A stretch of DNA of 5,125 nt from a virus. Its lineage: Duplodnaviria > Heunggongvirae > Uroviricota > Caudoviricetes. The stretch lies in the IMG/VR virus record IMGVR_UViG_2698536640_000005, positions 1 through 5,125 of that record. One strand, written 5' to 3'. The notes below the pieces were generated by a model. It was given only the letters and a program-made list of their open reading frames with translations. It searched no databases and had not been told where the DNA came from. The position numbers and the translations under genes were made by a program. This document shows positions 1-4,480 of the stretch, piece by piece; position 1 is the stretch's first letter, and each line of letters opens with the position of its first letter.

Positions 1-46
1 CCTGACAACCCGGTGTCCTCAACGGGGGAAGGAATAACCCCGCCAT
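1..46 (-). CDS. Partial CDS (first 15 codons only; continues past window start); possibly a DicB-like cell-division inhibitor
   Basis: ATG at 46-44 on the minus strand opens a frame with no stop before position 1 (MAGLFLPPLRTPGCQ...). Only a weak SD-like GGCGGTAAG lies upstream. Its position downstream of the YdfA/B/C-like genes is where dicB sits in Qin, and the N-terminus loosely resembles my recollection of DicB (MKTLLPNVNTSEGC...). Too short to be sure. Confidence 0.3.
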   Translation of the reverse strand, partial: MAGLFLPPLRTPGCQ

Positions 47-290
47 ACTTACCGCCGCGCCATTTCGCGGATTGCCACAACCGGAATCGCACGGTCGACG
101 AAAATTTAACGACAGGCTATCTATGAACCAGCTACCTCGCCGTGCGCTTTCGCGTTATGGTCTGACTTTTCAGGGAAATATCCTTTCAGTAAACTGTCAG
201 TGCCGTATGCTCACCCGCGTCCTGCGCACGCACTCCACCTCACCCATGGAGAACTACTTAATTACCAACCTTAGCTTCGTTGGTTAGCTA

Positions 291-509
291 TTAACGCGGG
301 TATGTAATCATTCTGGCAATGCTTAATGCCGCTGCTTTTTCCAGCCTGGTGATATCCTGCTCCAGAGCGGACAGATTTTCAGCCTGCTTAGCCCTGGCTT
401 CATTGGCCCATTTCAGATCCTGCGCTGCATTAATTTTCTGGCGCATCCACTCATAAAGTTCATCATCGGTATAGTCTGGTGCGATGATGACGGGTTCTCG
501 TTTCTGCAT
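291..509 (-). CDS. ydfC: Small prophage protein, YdfC-like (72 aa), function unknown
   Basis: ORF-track ORF; ATG at 509-507 preceded by SD GAGGAA. Predicted coiled-coil-like middle (AQDLKWANEARAKQAENLSALEQDITRLEKAA). Size and position (third gene after the 51-aa and 42-aa genes) match Qin ydfC as I remember it; the sequence identity itself was not verified. Confidence 0.6.
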   Translation of the reverse strand: MQKREPVIIAPDYTDDELYEWMRQKINAAQDLKWANEARAKQAENLSALEQDITRLEKAAALSIARMITYPR

Positions 510-538
510 ACTGATTCCTCGCGGTGCTGTTTCGCTTA

Positions 539-667
539 TCAGCCGTTAGATTTTGCCGAGCTGGAAAGCGCCTGTTTAAATTCGTTGAAGCTGAGAGCTT
601 CTTCGCCGTCGGCAAGACCTTCGAAGTATTCTTCATAAGCCTTTTCCATGATTGTGTCGAAATCCAT
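539..667 (-). CDS. ydfB: Small acidic prophage protein, YdfB-like (42 aa)
   Basis: Not in the supplied ORF track (too short); found by translating the minus strand. ATG 667-665, stop TGA 541-539, product MDFDTIMEKAYEEYFEGLADGEEALSFNEFKQALSSSAKSNG. SD AGGTGA (673-678) sits 5 nt upstream. The start is 1 nt after the TGA of the upstream gene (TGAtATG), suggesting translational coupling. Size matches Qin YdfB (42 aa) by recollection. Confidence 0.45.
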   Translation of the reverse strand: MDFDTIMEKAYEEYFEGLADGEEALSFNEFKQALSSSAKSNG

Positions 668-668
668 A

Positions 669-824
669 TCACTCACCTGAGTTTCTTTCCAGCCAGCGAC
701 GGGCACCATTTTCGGTTTTAAACGTTTTGCTTTTGGTATACGTCATCGCGGTGAACGTGCCGTCCTGGTTGGGGAACACGCCACATACCAGAGATTCGCT
801 GTTGCCAAGATCGATAGTATCCAT
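669..824 (-). CDS. ydfA: DUF1391-family small protein, YdfA/YdaF-like (51 aa)
   Basis: Part of ORF 669..911; the internal ATG at 824-822 has SD GAGGT 4 nt upstream and gives MDTIDLGNSESLVCGVFPNQDGTFTAMTYTKSKTFKTENGARRWLERNSGE (51 aa), the size of Qin YdfA / Rac YdaF. The in-frame ATG at 911 (SD GAGG, 3-nt spacer) would give 80 aa, so the start is ambiguous. Confidence 0.6.
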   Translation of the reverse strand: MDTIDLGNSESLVCGVFPNQDGTFTAMTYTKSKTFKTENGARRWLERNSGE

Positions 825-1002
825 GCTGACCTCATTTCCCCTTAACGCCGGGGTAGCGGAACTAAAAACCTGCTGCGCTGTTATATAAAGTGTTCCCGCC
901 GTCATGTTCATACGCCTCGGGCTGGCTACTTAACCCCTGACCACTGCCGGGTAACTCGAAGTATTGCCTGGCGTTCTGTGGGCGGGGTGGGTTGATGAAT
1001 GA

Positions 1003-1046
1003 ACAATACCACTACTATTTAATTATGTAAATAGCAGTGCTATTAT
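1003..1046 (-). promoter_or_regulatory. Candidate leftward (PL-like) promoter with overlapping operator palindrome AATAG-N5-CTATT
   Basis: On the minus strand: -35 TTTACA (plus 1026-1031), 17-bp spacer, -10 TATTGT (plus 1003-1008). The palindrome AATAGcagtgCTATT (1030-1044) overlaps the -35; an extra half-site CTATTT is at 1015-1020. The palindrome is nearly identical to the one at 2128-2142 beside the repressor gene. Confidence 0.35.
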
Positions 1047-1055
1047 CGTGGCAAG

Positions 1056-1078
1056 AAAAAAACCACCCGAAGGTGGTT
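1056..1078 (-). terminator. Rho-independent terminator ending the repressor-antitoxin-toxin transcript
   Basis: Minus-strand RNA: 7-bp stem AACCACC / GGUGGUU with UUCG tetraloop (1061-1078), followed by UUUUUCUU (1053-1060). It lies 14 nt after the parE stop. On the plus strand the same hairpin is not followed by a U-tract, so it is unidirectional. Confidence 0.75.
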
Positions 1079-1092
1079 GTTGACAGGAAGGA

Positions 1093-1383
1093 TTAACAGG
1101 TTTTGTTTGGATACTGTCTTCGTGAGTGAACTACATTTACGATCTCGATGTTAGATGCTGTTACTCGGTAAAGTATTATGTAGTTAGGATGAGTCACTAT
1201 CTCACGAAGACTTGGAACTCTTTCGCTCGGTGGGTACAGATAAGGGTGTTCAGTAAGTGACAAAACTGATGTTTCAATGCGTATTTTTAGTCTACGTGCA
1301 GCGGGAGGGTTTTCCTTAGCAATATAGGCTACGATCTGACGTAAATCATCACGTGCAGAAGGTAGCCATAAAATGGGCAGCAT
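1093..1383 (-). CDS. parE: Type II toxin-antitoxin system toxin, RelE/ParE family
   Basis: 96-aa product with a ParE-like pattern (LPSARDDLRQIVAYIAKENPPAARRL ... YIILYRV ... IEIVNVVHSRRQYP). The start ATG overlaps the antitoxin stop (TAATG at 1381-1385), typical of TA coupling. Confidence 0.9.
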   Translation of the reverse strand: MLPILWLPSARDDLRQIVAYIAKENPPAARRLKIRIETSVLSLTEHPYLYPPSERVPSLREIVTHPNYIILYRVTASNIEIVNVVHSRRQYPNKTC

Positions 1384-1574
1384 TACTCACTCCTGTTCGT
1401 TGCAGCTAATTGAGCAATAAGGTTTTCCATTTCAGCCATTACTTCGTCATGTGGAATTGCAGGACGGGGATCTGAGAGGCTTGCTGCCACTTTGGCTCGC
1501 AACCATTCGTTATAGCTGTTTTCTTGTTCGACTGTTTCAAATTCAGAAATTATCGGGGAAAGGGCTGTACTCAT
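1383..1574 (-). CDS. paaA: Small acidic antitoxin, PaaA2-like (63 aa), partner of ParE
   Basis: 63-aa acidic protein immediately upstream of and overlapping parE. Strong SD GAGGAGG 7 nt before the ATG at 1574. Size and context match the PaaA2 antitoxin of the paaR2-paaA2-parE2 locus as I remember it; sequence identity not verified. Confidence 0.75.
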   Translation of the reverse strand: MSTALSPIISEFETVEQENSYNEWLRAKVAASLSDPRPAIPHDEVMAEMENLIAQLAATNRSE

Positions 1575-1591
1575 GTTTTGACCTCCTCAGA

Positions 1592-2092
1592 TTAGGCGCG
1601 ACGACCCTTTTGCGCAGCTAGCCATCGCGCAACGATTTCTTCAATTGATTCTTTTTTCTCCTTCATTTCCTTAAGCATTTTCTCTTTATCTTCTTTGGGG
1701 AAAGCCCTGAACGTCTGGAGCAAATCCCGCTCCATGGGGTCTATATTAAACGGAAGTTCGTTTTCCGATTGTTCCATATCTGCAGATATAGTGACAACAT
1801 TGTCCTCCCCAGACTCTTGGGGATACATCCTTACAATTTGTAACAACTCGGCCATATCTGGTCTGATTGACTCGGGAGGAACTTGCAGCAACCCTGCGAA
1901 CTTGATAACAGCCTCAAGATTTAAAGGTGTCTGACCATTTAGATAATGGCTTACAGCTCCCTGTGTCGAAAATCCCAGAATTTCTGCCGCACGCTCTTGG
2001 GTTAACCCTAGTTGATTTTTTTTCGCCGTCCAGATTTCTTTCAGTCTCTGGGCGGCTTGCAGGTCGATCTCTGACAGGGATTTTCTTTTCAT
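1592..2092 (-). CDS. paaR: CI-like prophage repressor, HTH XRE family (PaaR-like), without an S24 peptidase domain
   Basis: 166-aa product with an N-terminal XRE-type helix-turn-helix (LGLTQERAAEILGFSTQGAVSHYLNG). The C-terminal half is Lys/Glu-rich and lacks the Ser/Lys peptidase motifs of LexA/CI. It is divergent from the Cro-like gene and sits 17 nt upstream of the antitoxin start. There is no canonical SD; a candidate -10 ends 7 nt from the ATG (possible leaderless mRNA). Confidence 0.85.
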   Translation of the reverse strand: MKRKSLSEIDLQAAQRLKEIWTAKKNQLGLTQERAAEILGFSTQGAVSHYLNGQTPLNLEAVIKFAGLLQVPPESIRPDMAELLQIVRMYPQESGEDNVVTISADMEQSENELPFNIDPMERDLLQTFRAFPKEDKEKMLKEMKEKKESIEEIVARWLAAQKGRRA

Positions 2093-2099
2093 ACCTTCA

Positions 2100-2187
2100 A
2101 TTCTAATAAGATTATTAATCTCTTTGAAATAGTGATGCTATTTACTTTTAAAAATAACAATGCTATTAATGATCGTGATGACATCAC
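2100..2187. promoter_or_regulatory. Divergent switch region between repressor and Cro-like genes: operator palindromes and candidate PRM-like / PR-like promoters
   Basis: Palindrome AAATAGtgatgCTATTT (2127-2143); repeated half-site ATGCTATT (2135-2142 and 2160-2167); second palindrome GTGATGaCATCAC (2175-2187). Candidate rightward promoter: -35 TTTACT 2141-2146, 17 bp, -10 TATTAA 2164-2169. Candidate leftward promoter: -35 TTCAAA (plus 2123-2128), 17 bp, -10 TAGAAT (plus 2100-2105). Promoter hexamers are read by eye and unverified. Confidence 0.5.
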
Positions 2188-2199
2188 ATGAGGTGAACA

Positions 2200-2475
2200 A
2201 TGAATCTTGGAGAATATTTGCATCATTCCGGTATAACTCAGAAGCATTTTGCTGAAATTGTTGGGGTAACCCAAGGGATGGTAAGCCATGTCATTACCGG
2301 ACGGGCGAAACTTACGGGGGAAAAAATTTTACGCTGGTGCGAAGCAACAGGCTGGATAGTAACTCCGCACGAGATTGATAGCAGTACTTATCCCAACCCA
2401 ACCGACGGCTTACCTGTCGAGTATCAGGCTAACACACAACCAGAGGCGGGGGTGATTCATGAAAATCAAGCATGA
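2200..2475 (+). CDS. ydaS: Cro-like HTH DNA-binding protein (YdaS family)
   Basis: 91-aa product with an N-terminal HTH (GITQKHFAEIVGVTQGMVSHVITG). SD GAGGTGA 4 nt upstream. Divergent from the repressor gene; overlaps the next gene by 17 nt. Confidence 0.85.
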   Translation: MNLGEYLHHSGITQKHFAEIVGVTQGMVSHVITGRAKLTGEKILRWCEATGWIVTPHEIDSSTYPNPTDGLPVEYQANTQPEAGVIHENQA

Positions 2476-2884
2476 ACACATCCGTATGGCAATGAATGCC
2501 TGGGCGTATCCAGACGGTGAGAAAGTTCCAGCAGCTGAAATAGCCCGGACTTATTTCGAACTGGGGATGACGTTCCCGGAACTGTACGACGACAGCCATC
2601 CGGAAGCCCTGGCCCGTAATACCCAGAAAATTTTCCGTTGGCTGGATAAAGACACCCCTGATGCTGTTGAAAAAATTCAGGCTCTGTTACCGGCGATCGA
2701 AAAGGCAATGCCGCCTCTGCTGGTGGCCCGTATGCGCAGTCACAGCTCTGAATATTACCGTGAGATCGTCGAACGGAGGGATCGGCTGGTGAAAGATGTG
2801 GATGATTTTGTCGCAGCGGCGATCGCCTGGGGCACCCTGACTAACAGTGGTGGTCAGCCTGGTAATGCTGTTGTCGTGCATTGA
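2459..2884 (+). CDS. ydaT: YdaT-family protein (CII-like regulator of lambdoid cryptic prophages)
   Basis: 141-aa product, the size of Rac YdaT, immediately after the YdaS-like gene. SD GGGGGTGA 4 nt upstream. Family assignment rests on size, synteny and recollection. Confidence 0.8.
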   Translation: MKIKHEHIRMAMNAWAYPDGEKVPAAEIARTYFELGMTFPELYDDSHPEALARNTQKIFRWLDKDTPDAVEKIQALLPAIEKAMPPLLVARMRSHSSEYYREIVERRDRLVKDVDDFVAAAIAWGTLTNSGGQPGNAVVVH

Positions 2885-2952
2885 CCAACAATATTCATGC
2901 CGGATTTCTTCCGGATGTTCGAGGGTAAAGTTCGGTATCAGATGAGGTGAGT

Positions 2953-3993
2953 ATGGCTAATGCCTGGCTCAGATTGTGGCATGACATGCCAAATGATCCC
3001 AAATGGCGAACCATTGCCAGGGTCTCAGGACAGCCAATCGCAACAGTGATGGCGGTGTATATCCACCTTCTGGTGAGTGCGTCACGAAATGTCACGACAT
3101 GTCACGGCGTGTCACTACGTGGTCACATTGATGTCACGACGGAAGATTTAGCAAGTGCGCTTGATGTGACGGAAGACGTAATTGATTCAATTTTGCATGC
3201 AATGCAGGGGCGGGTTCTGGATGGTGACCTTATTTCCGGATGGGAAAAACGTCAGGTGCTGAAAGAGGACAATGGTAACGTTTCGCAAACGGCAAAATCC
3301 CCGGCAGAGCGCAAGAGAGCGCAGCGGGAGCGCGAAAAGCTGCGGAAATATGATGCTGATTGTCACGATGAGTCACGACGTGTCACGCATCCGTCACGAC
3401 AAGTCACGACAGATAAAGATACAGATACAGAATTAAACCCCACACATAACGCGCGCATGCGCGAGAGTGCTCCAACCGGTGAGTCGCATGGTGCGCCGTT
3501 GCAGACAGCCGAACCTGAATACCTGGACGGCCTGAGCGAACCGATCGGGAAATTTTCGATGACTACTGTCTGGCAGCCGTCGTCGGATTTTCGACAACGG
3601 GCAGCAGTGTGGGGTATGGCTCTGCCTGAGCCGGAATTTACACCTGCAGAGCTTGCCGCATTCCGGGATTACTGGATGGCGGAGGGGAAGGTTTTCACGC
3701 AGGTTCAGTGGGAGCAGAAATTTGCCCGCCACGTGCAGCACGTCAGGGCACAGGTAAAACCAGTCAGCAAGGGGGTAAACCATGCAGCAGCACCAGGTGG
3801 CACCGCATCACGGGCAGTTCAGGAAATTCGGGCAGCACGTGAGCAGTGGGAACGTGAAAACGGATTTATCAGCGACGGAAACGGCCTGGAAGCTGTGGGA
3901 GCTTATGGGGGAGGTGTATTCGAACCGCTGGACCCAGAAGAACGGGGCCGCACCTTCGAAGCTCTGGATTGCCCAGATTGGCGCGATGACTGA
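2953..3993 (+). CDS. Phage replication initiator / replisome organizer (lambda O-like) with a DnaT-like C-terminal region; origin iterons lie inside the gene
   Basis: Long ORF (the track starts it at GTG 2947; ATG 2953 has SD GAGG at a 5-nt spacer). The C-terminal region FTPAELAAFRDYWMAEGKVFTQVQWEQKFARHVQ resembles the DnaT-like domain of phage replication proteins. Two iteron clusters are embedded in the reading frame, as oriLambda is in gene O. The 3' 212 nt overlap the P-like ORF. Confidence 0.75.
   Translation: MANAWLRLWHDMPNDPKWRTIARVSGQPIATVMAVYIHLLVSASRNVTTCHGVSLRGHIDVTTEDLASALDVTEDVIDSILHAMQGRVLDGDLISGWEKRQVLKEDNGNVSQTAKSPAERKRAQREREKLRKYDADCHDESRRVTHPSRQVTTDKDTDTELNPTHNARMRESAPTGESHGAPLQTAEPEYLDGLSEPIGKFSMTTVWQPSSDFRQRAAVWGMALPEPEFTPAELAAFRDYWMAEGKVFTQVQWEQKFARHVQHVRAQVKPVSKGVNHAAAPGGTASRAVQEIRAAREQWERENGFISDGNGLEAVGAYGGGVFEPLDPEERGRTFEALDCPDWRDD
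3081..3140. repeat. Iteron cluster 1: six GTCAC(G) direct repeats at 10-11 bp spacing
   Basis: GTCAC starts at 3081, 3091, 3101, 3111, 3122 and 3133 (units such as tGTCACGAc), i.e. one per helical turn. Confidence 0.7.
3362..3440. repeat. Iteron cluster 2 (five GTCACG repeats at 10-11 bp spacing) plus adjacent AT-rich tract; candidate replication origin core
   Basis: GTCACG starts at 3362, 3372, 3382, 3393 and 3403, followed directly by the A-rich stretch AGATAaAGATAcAGATAcAGAATTAAA (3411-3437). Iterons followed by an AT-rich unwinding region are the classic lambdoid ori layout. Confidence 0.65.
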
Positions 3994-4447
3994 ACAGCAA
4001 ATCCGGCTGGTCTGCCGTCAGTGCATGGACCGCTGCCGGGCGGGTGAAACGTGGCCCCCGGACCTGGCTGAGTTTGTTGCACTGATTTCGGAGAGTGGGG
4101 CAAATCCATTTGGTCTTACGGTGGATGCAGTGATGGAAGAGTACCGGCGCTGGCGCAATGAATCCTGGCGATACGACGGGAGTGATAAATACCCGTGGCC
4201 ACAGCCTGTGCTGTACCACATCTGCCTCGAAATGCGTACCAGAGGGATTGAGCGCCAGATGACGCAGGGTGAGTTAAAACGACTTGCGGAACGGCAACTG
4301 ACGAAATGGGCAAAGCATGTTGGTAACGGGATGAGTGTTCCGCCAGTGCGACGACAACTGGAAGGGGCGAAACACCCGCAAGGGCCAACGCCAATTGAAC
4401 GGCTGAAACAGGAATACGAACGCCGGAAGGCAGCTGGTTTTATTTGA
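3782..4447 (+). CDS. Replication protein P-like (DnaB helicase loader)
   Basis: The C-terminal two-thirds align by eye with lambda P as I remember it (PPDLAEFVAL vs SPGQFVAWC; DKYPWPQPVLYHI vs ESYPWKSNAHYWL; QGELKRLAERQL vs DAELRRKAADEL). The start is uncertain: ATG 3782 has a good SD (AGGGGG) but overlaps the O-like ORF by 212 nt; ATG 3905 and ATG 3986 (8-nt overlap with the O stop, ATGACTGA) are alternatives. Confidence 0.7.
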   Translation: MQQHQVAPHHGQFRKFGQHVSSGNVKTDLSATETAWKLWELMGEVYSNRWTQKNGAAPSKLWIAQIGAMTEQQIRLVCRQCMDRCRAGETWPPDLAEFVALISESGANPFGLTVDAVMEEYRRWRNESWRYDGSDKYPWPQPVLYHICLEMRTRGIERQMTQGELKRLAERQLTKWAKHVGNGMSVPPVRRQLEGAKHPQGPTPIERLKQEYERRKAAGFI

Positions 4448-4480
4448 ATCTGAGAAACGATTTTGTCGGAGGAAATTTTA

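Noticed and set aside
72-287. Plus-strand 71-aa ORF (TTG start)
   Set aside because: Non-canonical start with no SD and an Arg/Ser-rich, low-complexity product. It lies antisense to the region where a DicF-like sRNA and the dicB-like 5' UTR are expected, so it is more likely non-coding.
463-721. ORFs 463..672 (-) and 524..721 (+)
   Set aside because: Low-complexity, Arg-rich translations with no SD. The same DNA is better explained by the SD-preceded 42-aa minus-strand ORF (539-667) and the end of the ydfA-like gene.
1061-1085. Perfect TTGACA (1080-1085) next to the terminator hairpin as a plus-strand promoter
   Set aside because: No acceptable -10 element lies 16-18 bp downstream, and the plus strand here is antisense to parE. 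The terminator hairpin on the minus strand explains the local sequence.
1695-2289. ORFs 1695..1934 (+) and 2089..2289 (-)
   Set aside because: Antisense shadow ORFs inside the repressor gene and across the operator region and the Cro-like gene start; no SD and implausible products.
2719-2726. Chi site GCTGGTGG on the plus strand inside the YdaT-like gene
   Set aside because: A single occurrence in 5 kb is about the background frequency for E. coli-like DNA; no evidence of a special role.
3058-3067. DnaA-box-like TGTATCCACC next to iteron cluster 1
   Set aside because: Only about 7 of 9 positions match the TTATCCACA consensus, and it occurs once. Too weak to call as a feature; noted only as context in the origin finding.
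2466-3095. Minus-strand ORFs 2466..2708, 2687..2881 and 2895..3095
   Set aside because: All lie antisense to the YdaT-like and O-like genes, with Arg/Pro/Cys-rich products and no ribosome-binding sites.
3081-3408. GTCACG repeat clusters as a possible CRISPR array or mobile-element terminal repeats
   Set aside because: The repeat unit is only 6-8 bp with a 10-11 bp period, has no spacer structure, and lies in frame inside a replication-initiator gene. This is iteron architecture, not CRISPR or inverted repeats of an IS element.
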